NCBI GenBank assembly: GCA_002070215.1
Contig: MWCV01000004.1
Span: 19,407 to 83,406, forward strand
Length of the DNA: 64,000 nucleotides
DNA from: Chloroflexi bacterium ADurb.Bin180
GTDB lineage: Bacteria > Chloroflexota > Anaerolineae > UBA2200
Direction: 5' to 3'
The position numbers were made by a program, and so were the translations under genes. This document shows positions 20,066 to 27,890 of this stretch, piece by piece (position 1 is the stretch's first letter; every line of letters begins with the position of its first letter). A model generated the notes under the pieces. That model saw only the letters and a program-made list of their open reading frames with translations, had not been told where the DNA came from and searched no databases.

Positions 20066-22030
20066 ATGTCGCTTCTTTCCATCCCAGTAGCAGGTGGCTT
20101 GGTTTCCATTGCCGCCGCTGTCTTGCTCTATTTGCGGCTCAAGAAGGCGAGCATCAGCTCCGCCAGGATGGCGGAGATCGCTAACGATATCTCCACCGGC
20201 GTGCAAGCCTATCTCACCAGGCAAACCAGGACGATCCTGACCGTAATGCCTTTCCTGGCCGTGCTGCTGGGGCTGTGGCTCGGGTGGGGGGTAGCGATCA
20301 CCTTTGTTCTGGGCGTTGTCGCCTCTTTGGCCACCAGTCTGCTGGGAATGAACGCGGCAGTGCGAGCCAACGTCAAGACGGCTCAGGACGCGTCTCAATC
20401 GGCCACCAAAGCCTTCCTGACGGCCGTCTATGGCGGTTCGATCATGGGCTTTTCCATCACCGGCCTCAGCCTGGTGGTGCTGTCCATCCTGTACCTCGTC
20501 TTCCGTGACCCTGAGCCGATGGTAGGCTTTGGGTTTGGGGCCAGCCTGGCTGCCCTCTTTGCCCAGATTGGCGGCGGCATCTTTACCAAGTCGGCTGATG
20601 TCGGCGCTGACCTCGTGGGCAAAATCGAAAAGAACATCCCCGAAGATGACCCGCGGAACCCGGCGGTGGTGGCCGACCTGGTGGGCGACAATGTCGGCGA
20701 CTGTGCCGGACGAGGCTCGGACCTCTTTCAGACGTTCAGCGATGACATCATTACCGGCATGATCGTGGCCCTCGTCTATGAACCCAAGTACGGGCCTCTG
20801 GTGGTGTTCCTCCCGTTCTTGCTGCAGTGTGCGGGGATCATCTCCTCCCTGATCGGCGTTCTGTCCATTCGCTGGTTCAAGCAGCGCAAGCCAGAATCGG
20901 CGTTCAACATGGGCATGGCCGTGACCACCGTGATTGCTATGGCGACGTCGCTAGCCGTATGCCAGTTCCTTCTGCACGACCTGCGCATCTGGGTGGCGGT
21001 GTTCCTTGGCATCGTGGTGACTCTGGTAGCCTCCATTTCGACGCGCTACTATGCGGGGTCTCACAGCCGACCAGTGCATGAGATTGCGGAGGCTTCCAAG
21101 CGCGGTGTGGCTCTGAACATCATCACTGGCCTGGCCTACGGGCTGCAGAGCCCGCTGGCCTCGATCGTGATGATTGTTGCTGCCGTTGCCGGTTCCTATG
21201 CGCTGTCGGGGAACCTGCTGTTGGCCGTTGTGGCGGTGAACATCGGTACGGATTTGCTTATCGGCTACATCATGACCGCGGATGCGTATGGCCCGATCAT
21301 GGACAATGCTTCGGGCATCGCCGAGATGTCGGGGGCAGAAGAAGGGGTGGTCCGTTCGCTTTCGTCGCTGGATGCTGTAGGCAACACGATGAAAGCCACG
21401 ACCAAGGCCTATGCCATGTCCTCGGGGACGGTGACCTCCTTCGTGTTGTTCGCTACTTTCTTCCGCCTGATCAAGCTGGACAGCATCAACGTGTCGGCGC
21501 CCTACGCCATCGCCTTCCTGTTCCTGGGCATCTCGATTCCCTACCTGATTTCGTCGCTGCTGATCGGGTCGGTGGCGCGGACGGCGATGCAGATGGTGGA
21601 TGAAGTCCGCCGCCAGTTCGCTACCATCAAAGGCATTATGGAGCGGGTGGCCAAGCCAGACTATGCTGCCTGCGTCGACATTGCCACCAGGAATGCCCTG
21701 CGCGAGATGACGCTGCCGGGTCTGATCAGCATCGTCGTTCCGGTAGCCGTAGGCCTGGCCTTTGGCGGCCCGGCCCTGGGAGCGCTGTTGATCGGTTCAG
21801 TGACCAGTGCGGCGCTGCTGGGCCCCTTCTTTAACAACGTCGGGACTGCGTGGGACAATGCAAAGAAGATCATCGAGGTACAAGGGGACAAGGGCAGCCC
21901 TGCCCACCAGGCGGCGGTCTCGGCTGACACCATCGGCGACCCGCTCAAGGACGTGGCCGGGCCTTCGCTGCTAATCTTCATGAAGCTGGTCGGTATGGCT
22001 GCATTGCTGATTGCCGAGGCAATGCACTAG
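20066..22030 (+). CDS. hppA: membrane-bound proton-translocating pyrophosphatase (K+-independent type suggested)
   Basis: GGGIFTKSADVGADLVGK, DNVGDCAGRG, DAVGNTMKATTKAY (Lys after GNT suggests K+-independence) and DTIGDPLKD. ATG 20066 follows GAGGAGG, and the ORF-track start at 19682 overlaps the upstream gene. Confidence 0.9.
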   Translation: MSLLSIPVAGGLVSIAAAVLLYLRLKKASISSARMAEIANDISTGVQAYLTRQTRTILTVMPFLAVLLGLWLGWGVAITFVLGVVASLATSLLGMNAAVRANVKTAQDASQSATKAFLTAVYGGSIMGFSITGLSLVVLSILYLVFRDPEPMVGFGFGASLAALFAQIGGGIFTKSADVGADLVGKIEKNIPEDDPRNPAVVADLVGDNVGDCAGRGSDLFQTFSDDIITGMIVALVYEPKYGPLVVFLPFLLQCAGIISSLIGVLSIRWFKQRKPESAFNMGMAVTTVIAMATSLAVCQFLLHDLRIWVAVFLGIVVTLVASISTRYYAGSHSRPVHEIAEASKRGVALNIITGLAYGLQSPLASIVMIVAAVAGSYALSGNLLLAVVAVNIGTDLLIGYIMTADAYGPIMDNASGIAEMSGAEEGVVRSLSSLDAVGNTMKATTKAYAMSSGTVTSFVLFATFFRLIKLDSINVSAPYAIAFLFLGISIPYLISSLLIGSVARTAMQMVDEVRRQFATIKGIMERVAKPDYAACVDIATRNALREMTLPGLISIVVPVAVGLAFGGPALGALLIGSVTSAALLGPFFNNVGTAWDNAKKIIEVQGDKGSPAHQAAVSADTIGDPLKDVAGPSLLIFMKLVGMAALLIAEAMH

Positions 22031-22044
22031 CTCCACAAATGTCA

Positions 22045-22078
22045 AGCCCCCGCTCAGGTTGAGCGGGGGCTTTTTCTT
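22045..22078 (+). terminator. intrinsic terminator after hppA (overlaps the 3' end of the convergent gene)
   Basis: 11-bp stem AGCCCCCGCTC / GAGCGGGGGCT, loop AGGTT, followed by TTTTCTT. Confidence 0.7.
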
Positions 22079-22788
22079 GCCTCGGCCACAAAGCGCTCGA
22101 GGATGCGCCTGTGTCTTGCGTCGCGGCCGGCCAGCTCTTCGGGGTGCCATTGCACGCCGAGCACAAAGCAACCGGGAGCCTCCGCTGCCTCGATGAGCCC
22201 GTCCGGCGAATAGGCACCGGGCCGCAACTCCGCTGCCAGGTCGTCGATGCACTGGTGATGCAGGCTGTTCACTTCCAGGGGGCCCCTGCCGACGATGCTG
22301 CTCAGCAGCGTGTCGGGGCAAACCTCGACCGTATGGGCGGGGTAGTCTCTGGGGTAACTGCGTCGCAGCTCGTGGCGGACTGGGGAGGGTCTCTGACGTG
22401 GAATGTCCTGAACCAGAGTGCCGCCCATGGCGACATTGAGGACCTGCAGCCCGCGGCAGATGGCAAGAATGGGCAGACCGATAGCGAGGGCCTTGCGGGT
22501 GAGAAAGAGCTCCACGGTATCTCTAGAGCGGTCGCTGCTGCCGGGGCTGTCGATTCGCTCCCGTCCGTAATGTCTGGGATCCACGTCGTCGCCGCCCGAG
22601 AGCAAAAGACCATCGAGGTGGGAGAGGATTGACTCGAGTGCCTCTTCCTGCTCGAGCAACGGGATCAGGACTGGTGCTGCTCCCGCCAGACCGAGGGCCC
22701 GGCAGTACTGCTGCCCCACGGCATATCGCTGGTACCCGCTGTGGGTGCGTGCGTTCCCGGAACAGGGCAGGCCAATCAGTGGTTGCAT
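22054..22788 (-). CDS. class-I glutamine amidotransferase-like, gamma-glutamyl-GABA hydrolase (peptidase C26/PuuD) family
   Basis: LPILAICRGLQVLNVAMGGTL nucleophile-elbow Cys, ...SLHHQ..., ...VQWHPE. Confidence 0.75.
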   Translation of the reverse strand: MQPLIGLPCSGNARTHSGYQRYAVGQQYCRALGLAGAAPVLIPLLEQEEALESILSHLDGLLLSGGDDVDPRHYGRERIDSPGSSDRSRDTVELFLTRKALAIGLPILAICRGLQVLNVAMGGTLVQDIPRQRPSPVRHELRRSYPRDYPAHTVEVCPDTLLSSIVGRGPLEVNSLHHQCIDDLAAELRPGAYSPDGLIEAAEAPGCFVLGVQWHPEELAGRDARHRRILERFVAEARKSPRST

Positions 22789-22851
22789 GAGCTCCCTCTT
22801 GGTCGGTTTACTGCGCGCGATGCGGCCAGGCAGGCAACTATGCCTCGGCGG

Positions 22852-24060
22852 CTACCGTTGATGAGCTCTGGACAGCAAGCTGGCCAGACCGACCAGACAT
22901 CCTGGCGGCGACGGATGAGGCGACGGCCCGGGCTGCGATGGGGTTCCCTGGTACGCAGAGACCGCATCAGCTCGCCCGCTGCCCTGGGCGTTCTCATCCT
23001 GTCCCAGTTTGACGGCGGTGGTCATCAGGCGTTGCTTGAGCTGGGCAGGGCTCAATTCGGGAAAGGCCTGCAGCAGAATTGCCGCCAGGCCGGCCGCGTG
23101 AGGGGTGGCCATACTGGTCCCCGATGCGCGAGTGTAGAGTGCGTCGACCGGCGTACCCATGGTTGTGCCCTGAGCCCGACAGGAGGCGATGTTGACGCCT
23201 GGCAGAAGGACGTCCGGTTTGACTCGGCCGTCCGCGGTCGGACCTCTGGCGGAGAAGCTGGCAATCGAATCGTCGTTCCCGCTGGCGCCGACGGTCAGCA
23301 CTCGCCTGGCGCAGCCGGGAGGGCCGACCGAGGATGCGGTGGGGCCGTAATTCCCAGCGGCAACGCAGACCATGAGGCCTGCGTCTATGGCAGCATCACA
23401 GGCTGTGGAAAGGGCGTCGGTGCCATCGCAGGGCCCGACACCACCCAGTGACAGATTCACTACCTTGACATGTTGCTGCATGGCCCATTCGAGGCCGGCG
23501 ATGACCTCACTCATATAGCCAGAGCCGTCACCATGCAGCACTTTGGCGATGTAGAGCAGCGCCCTGGGCGCGACACCGCGATAGCGACTGCCGGAACCGG
23601 CGAGGATCCCCGCAACGTGAGTCCCGTGGCCGTGGTTGTCATTTGGCCCCTCGCCAGTGAGGTCCTCCATCGCCGCGATGCGCCCGGCAAAGTCAGGATG
23701 GCTGGGGTCGATGCCCGTATCGATGACGGCGACGGGCACGTTCTCGCCAGCGTAGCCGGCCGCCCAGACCTGCGGCGCGCGGATGTGCGGGACGGAAACG
23801 TCGAGGCAGGTGTGCACGATCAGGTCCGGCCAGATCGTCTCCACCGCCGGATCAGCCGCCAGGAGGCGTGCCTGCTCTGAAGAGACGCACATCGCTGACG
23901 CAGACAGGAGCGAAAAGTGCCTGGCTCTGATGGAGCCCAGCAGGGGCCGGCTGGTTATGGCCAGGTCGGGTTTGTAGCGAACGATCACCCGGTGTTCTGG
24001 CGGAGATGCAGGGTTGGACATTGCGGCCAAGAGGGCACCATTGATCTTACCGTCCGTCAT
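22852..24060 (-). CDS. S8 (subtilisin-family) serine peptidase with its own I9-like propeptide and no recognisable signal peptide
   Basis: Triad motifs VAVIDTGID, HGHGTHVAG and GTSMATPHAAG. N-terminal HRVIVRYKPD...VETIWPD propeptide-like segment. ATG 24060 lies 5 nt after AAGGGAG. Confidence 0.85.
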   Translation of the reverse strand: MTDGKINGALLAAMSNPASPPEHRVIVRYKPDLAITSRPLLGSIRARHFSLLSASAMCVSSEQARLLAADPAVETIWPDLIVHTCLDVSVPHIRAPQVWAAGYAGENVPVAVIDTGIDPSHPDFAGRIAAMEDLTGEGPNDNHGHGTHVAGILAGSGSRYRGVAPRALLYIAKVLHGDGSGYMSEVIAGLEWAMQQHVKVVNLSLGGVGPCDGTDALSTACDAAIDAGLMVCVAAGNYGPTASSVGPPGCARRVLTVGASGNDDSIASFSARGPTADGRVKPDVLLPGVNIASCRAQGTTMGTPVDALYTRASGTSMATPHAAGLAAILLQAFPELSPAQLKQRLMTTAVKLGQDENAQGSGRADAVSAYQGTPSQPGPSPHPSPPGCLVGLASLLSRAHQR

Positions 24061-24274
24061 TGCGGCTCCCTTCCGATGGACGTCGCTGTGTCGAGACCTT
24101 GCGGTCCGGCTCCACCGATACCACCCACCCTTCCCTGCGGATTCGCTCGGCCGTTTCGGCCGATGCAGATACAACCAGCGCGTTGATCAACGCCAGGCGC
24201 CTGATTACCGTAGCCTTGAGAGAGGCAACGCGCTCGGCTGCACTGCCCAGGTCGCCTCGGACACGCACGATCAT
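24047..24274 (-). CDS. free-standing subtilase-propeptide (inhibitor I9)-like protein
   Basis: MIVRVRGD...ATVIRRLALINALVVSASAETAERIRREGWVVSVEPDRKV matches the I9 pattern ending in VEPD. It overlaps the protease start by 14 nt. An alternative start is ATG 24307. Confidence 0.5.
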   Translation of the reverse strand: MIVRVRGDLGSAAERVASLKATVIRRLALINALVVSASAETAERIRREGWVVSVEPDRKVSTQRRPSEGSRNDGR

Positions 24275-24284
24275 TCTGCCGGAC

Positions 24285-24722
24285 TCACCGGTCGATTTCG
24301 CTGGCATTCTCCGGGTCCCTTTCTCTGAGCGGCACGATTGACTCTGCAGCGTCAGGCACAGAAGTGGCAACCACCATGGCTACCGCGTTGTCTCGGGAGT
24401 GTGAGAGGCTGATGGCGAACTCGTGCAGGCCCAGGCAGGCCGCACGCCGGGCAGCGCGCCCGTGCAGGAGCACCAGGGGCTTGCCGAGTGGATCGGCGAG
24501 GATCTCCATCTCGCGCCAGGATACTCCGAACAGGCCGGTTCCGAGGGCCTTGGAGACGGCCTCCTTGCCGGCGAAGCGGGCGGCGAGCTCTGGTACGCGT
24601 CCCCGGCACAGCAAGAGCTCCGCGTCGGTATAGATATGAGCCAAGAAGCGCCCGTTCCAACGAGCGATGGCCCGAGCGATGCGTTCTATCTCGATCAGGT
24701 CTACTCCGGTGCTCACGTTCAC
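24285..24722 (-). CDS. acpS: holo-[acyl-carrier-protein] synthase
   Basis: GVDLIEIERI..., ARFAGKEAVSKALGTG, ...ISLSHS. About 20 aa C-terminal extension. Confidence 0.85.
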   Translation of the reverse strand: MNVSTGVDLIEIERIARAIARWNGRFLAHIYTDAELLLCRGRVPELAARFAGKEAVSKALGTGLFGVSWREMEILADPLGKPLVLLHGRAARRAACLGLHEFAISLSHSRDNAVAMVVATSVPDAAESIVPLRERDPENASEIDR

Positions 24723-24835
24723 CTGAGGTCACCCTGTCTGCAGAGTCTGGTGCCCGGAGTATACCAGCGGAGTGGCAGCTTGCCAAGAGGACTGGAGTGT
24801 GCTACCCTCTCACTAGTGGCTGGAAGGAGCTGGGG

Positions 24836-25732
24836 ATGGACAAAGAGAGGGTGGGCTTTATCGGGCTGGGCATTATGGGCGGGCCGATGGCGACACATCT
24901 CGCCACGGCTGGCTATCCGCTGACGGTCTATAACCGCACGGCAGCCAGGATGGAGCCATTGCTTGCTCTGGGGGCCAAGCCGGCGTGCTCCTGCCAGGAG
25001 TTGGCCGCTCAGTCGGACATTGTGGTGTCGATGGTCTCGGACTCGCCGGATGTCGAAGAGGTGTACCTGGGACCGAGAGGTGTGCTGAGAGGCGCCAGAC
25101 GGGGCAGCCTGCTCATTGACATGTCTACCATTTCGCCGCGGGTGGCAATCAAGATCTCAAAGAGCGCAGCAGAGGCCGGGTGCGCTATGCTCGACGCTCC
25201 AGTGTCAGGCGGAGATGTGGGTGCTCGCAACGCAACCCTGTCCATCATGGTGGGGGGAGAGAGCAGCGACCTGGAACGCGCCCGCCCCGTTCTCGAGTGT
25301 ATGGGCAAGCCCACGCTTTGCGGACCGGCCGGGGCGGGACAGACGGTCAAGGCCTGCAACCAGATCGCGACGGCGCTTCACCTGGTGGCTATGTCCGAGG
25401 CGCTGGTTCTGGCTCGAAAGGCGGGCGTCGATCCGGAAGTAGTGCTGAAGGTCCTCGGCGCCGGTTACGCACAGTCCCGGGTGATGGATGTGCGCGGCCC
25501 CAGGGTGATCAAGGGCGACTTTGCGCCAGGATTCAAGGCCAGGCTGCATGCCAAAGACCTCAACATCGTCCGCGAGACAGCGCGTGAGCTGGGGTGTGCA
25601 TTGCCGGCCACCGCCCTGGCGCACGAGCTGCTTACCGCTGTCGTCGCGAACGGCCTGGGTGAGCTAGACCATTCCGCGGTAATCCGGGTGCTGCAGTCTT
25701 TGGCCGGAGTGCAACCGGAAGCGAAAGCCTGA
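24836..25732 (+). CDS. NAD(P)-dependent 3-hydroxyisobutyrate / tartronate-semialdehyde reductase-family oxidoreductase
   Basis: VGFIGLGIMGGPMATHLATAGYPLTVYNRT, ...DAPVSGG..., and 298 aa length. The ORF-track start at 24488 is an antisense-overlapping extension. Confidence 0.8.
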   Translation: MDKERVGFIGLGIMGGPMATHLATAGYPLTVYNRTAARMEPLLALGAKPACSCQELAAQSDIVVSMVSDSPDVEEVYLGPRGVLRGARRGSLLIDMSTISPRVAIKISKSAAEAGCAMLDAPVSGGDVGARNATLSIMVGGESSDLERARPVLECMGKPTLCGPAGAGQTVKACNQIATALHLVAMSEALVLARKAGVDPEVVLKVLGAGYAQSRVMDVRGPRVIKGDFAPGFKARLHAKDLNIVRETARELGCALPATALAHELLTAVVANGLGELDHSAVIRVLQSLAGVQPEAKA

Positions 25733-25744
25733 GGGCGGCTCCTG

Positions 25745-25753
25745 TGGTATAAT
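25745..25753 (+). promoter_or_regulatory. extended -10 promoter element (TGgTATAAT)
   Basis: TG at 25745-25746, one base, then a perfect TATAAT at 25748-25753, 36 nt upstream of ATG 25789. GGGAGGG Shine-Dalgarno lies in between. Confidence 0.45.
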
Positions 25754-25788
25754 CGTGAGGAGTGGGGAGCACTGAGCCGGGAGGGCAT

Positions 25789-26343
25789 ATGCAGTTCGCT
25801 ACAGCGGCAGCCACGATTGAGCAAGAGGTCGCACGGACGCTTTCTACCGTTCAGGAGGCCGAGGTTCAGGCCTTTCTGCGGGCAATTCAGAATGCTCGCA
25901 GCATCTTTGTGTTCGGTGCGGGCAGGGTAAGCATGGTTGCGCAGACCTTTGCCATGAGGTTGTCGCAGCTTGGCCTCAGGTCGGTGTGGGTGGGTGACGC
26001 AACGATGCCGCCGATTGGTCCGGGTGATCTGCTGCTGGTCTGCTCAGGATCAGGCGAGACGGTTACAGTGCGGGTCGTGGCCGAGCTGGCCGTCAAGCGA
26101 GGAGCGGAGGTGGCCACGGTGACGCGCGAGCCCCAGGCGTCGATCGGGCGCTTGTGCAAGGTCGTGGTGACCCTGGGAGGAAAGACGCCCACGGGAGGAA
26201 ATCCGCCGCCCTCGCAGCAGCCTCTGGTGAGCCTGTGGGAGCAGAGCCTGCTGGTGCTCCTGGATGCAATCGTGATGATGCTGATGGAGCGGCTGAGTCA
26301 AACCTCAGCGACGATGAAGCAACGCAGTATGAATCTCGAGTAG
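25789..26343 (+). CDS. SIS-domain sugar-phosphate isomerase, 6-phospho-3-hexuloisomerase-like
   Basis: IFVFGAGRVSMVAQTFAMRL...LLLVCSGSGETVTV in the single-SIS layout, about 185 aa. Confidence 0.55.
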   Translation: MQFATAAATIEQEVARTLSTVQEAEVQAFLRAIQNARSIFVFGAGRVSMVAQTFAMRLSQLGLRSVWVGDATMPPIGPGDLLLVCSGSGETVTVRVVAELAVKRGAEVATVTREPQASIGRLCKVVVTLGGKTPTGGNPPPSQQPLVSLWEQSLLVLLDAIVMMLMERLSQTSATMKQRSMNLE

Positions 26344-26366
26344 CTTCAGACCTGGCACCGGAAGAG

Positions 26367-26404
26367 ACAAGACCCGACCTCTGGTAGAGGCCGGGTCTTG
26401 TTTT
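26367..26404 (+). terminator. intrinsic terminator
   Basis: Stem CAAGACCCG / CGGGTCTTG plus inner CCTC / GAGG, followed by TTTT (26401-26404). Confidence 0.65.
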
Positions 26405-26431
26405 GGTCACTGCGATTGCCCTGCGGCGGAG

Positions 26432-26821
26432 CTAGAAGGCGACTGCCTTGGAGCTCTCCCACAGTCCGTGAATGTTGCACATCGCGACGGCAAGCACGGT
26501 GCCCGGAGCGTTGACCTTCATCGAGAAGGCGGCCTCGGGGTGCGTGTACACGGGGCCCTGATTGGCGCCCTTGACCGCTTCGCCATGAGCGTTGAACTCG
26601 AAGCGGCCGACGTGGTACACGAACTTGTCTCCGTCGGGCTGGAAGTAGACGTCGATCCAGCTAATGTGGTGTTCGGTGGTGTTCGGGTGGGGGATTTCCT
26701 TGCCGACGGCCACCTTGACCAGGAACATCTTGTCCGCCTCGACCTTATCGGGGCAGTCGATCACGGGGACGTGCTTTTCGGCCTTCCAATCGGCAGTCTG
26801 GATGCGCTCACCAAGTCTCAT
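26432..26821 (-). CDS. 1Fe superoxide reductase (neelaredoxin-type desulfoferrodoxin family)
   Basis: EKHVPVI, PHPNTTEHHISWI and CNIHGLWES correspond to the His4-Cys iron ligand segments. 129 aa with no N-terminal desulforedoxin domain. Confidence 0.85.
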   Translation of the reverse strand: MRLGERIQTADWKAEKHVPVIDCPDKVEADKMFLVKVAVGKEIPHPNTTEHHISWIDVYFQPDGDKFVYHVGRFEFNAHGEAVKGANQGPVYTHPEAAFSMKVNAPGTVLAVAMCNIHGLWESSKAVAF

Positions 26822-26860
26822 TTCACCCTCCTTGTCATAACTGCAGTGAAAGGTAACGCG

Positions 26861-27022
26861 CTAGTCGACCGGCTCGAACATGTCCTTGCCAACACCGCAC
26901 TCGGGGCATACCCAGTCGGCTGGCAGGTCTTCGAAAGCGGTGCCGGGCTTGATACCGTGCTTCGGGTCTCCCTTGGCGGGGTCGTAGACATAGCCACAAA
27001 CGGTGCACTCGTACTTTTTCAT
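26861..27022 (-). CDS. rubredoxin (53 aa, absent from the ORF track)
   Basis: My own translation gives [53 protein letters not shown] with both CxxCG knuckles. GGAGGAG Shine-Dalgarno lies 7 nt upstream of the ATG. Confidence 0.9.
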   Translation of the reverse strand: MKKYECTVCGYVYDPAKGDPKHGIKPGTAFEDLPADWVCPECGVGKDMFEPVD

Positions 27023-27060
27023 CTCTTGTCTCCTCCTTGAATTCGGACATTCCCGCGGCT

Positions 27061-27089
27061 ATTATCACGGTACAGGGTCAAGTTGTCAA
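27061..27089 (-). promoter_or_regulatory. sigma70-type promoter of the rubredoxin-SOR operon
   Basis: On the minus strand: TTGACA (27089-27084), 17 nt spacer, GATAAT (27066-27061). The -35 box lies in the 3' end of the upstream ECF S-component gene. Confidence 0.5.
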
Positions 27090-27890
27090 GGCATCCGAAG
27101 AACTCGGTAGGGCGGCAAACCCGAGGACGTGCTTGAAACGTCGCAGGACGCGGAGCAGCGGTGCGCCGAGGAAGAGGACCAGTCCCGCATTGCCCGCGGC
27201 GCGCCAAAAGTCCCACCACAGGGATGTGGTTGCATAGAAGGCGCCATAGCGACGCAGGCCCTCGATGAATCTCAGCCCTGGCTCCCAGTTCTGTCCCGGA
27301 TTGGCCTGCATGGCCGAGACATAAGGCCAGAACCAGAGATTCATAATGGCGCCGAAGGCGAATCCCCACAGCGTCACCCACGCCGCGAGCATCACCAGTT
27401 CCATTCGGCGCCAACGCCGCAAACTCGGCAGCCATCCGGAGGACAACCCAATCCAGCCGGTGGCCAGCATCTGGTAGGGCAGCCAGGGCCCAACCCCGCC
27501 GCCGATCAGAGCAGAGACCAGCAGCGAAAGCACACCCATCAGGAAGCCAAAGGTGCTGCCATAGACATAGCCACACAGGGCCAGCAGGAAGAAGATGGCC
27601 GAGAAGCCAGCAGGTCCCGGAACGGCCCGCAGAACGGCATTCACTGCGCTGAGCACGCCCAGGACGGCGATGGTGCGAGCGCTCATCTGACGGCTGGTGA
27701 GGTTGGCCACGACGATGACCGTGCAGAGCAGCGTCAGAACGAGCGTCACCAGCGGTGCATCGTCGGCGTGAGCCGCGGCAGTAGGACCGGGCTGGATGCC
27801 AGAGCTGAAGAACGGGTAGGCAAAGGCAGCAATGCCAACCAGCGTGGCCAGAATTAAGACGAGGGCGTTGGCCCAACGCTCAATCCGCAT
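27078..27890 (-). CDS. ECF-transporter substrate-capture (S) component, unusually long (270 aa)
   Basis: All-helical membrane protein, last gene of the ECF T/A/S set. ATG 27890 overlaps the ATPase stop (27880-27882). Confidence 0.6.
   Translation of the reverse strand: MRIERWANALVLILATLVGIAAFAYPFFSSGIQPGPTAAAHADDAPLVTLVLTLLCTVIVVANLTSRQMSARTIAVLGVLSAVNAVLRAVPGPAGFSAIFFLLALCGYVYGSTFGFLMGVLSLLVSALIGGGVGPWLPYQMLATGWIGLSSGWLPSLRRWRRMELVMLAAWVTLWGFAFGAIMNLWFWPYVSAMQANPGQNWEPGLRFIEGLRRYGAFYATTSLWWDFWRAAGNAGLVLFLGAPLLRVLRRFKHVLGFAALPSSSDALTT

Noticed and set aside
26835-27068. 77-aa ORF reported in the track over the rubredoxin region.
   Set aside because: It is in the wrong frame and has no motifs. 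The adjacent frame encodes a perfect 53-aa rubredoxin with a Shine-Dalgarno, which explains the coding signal.
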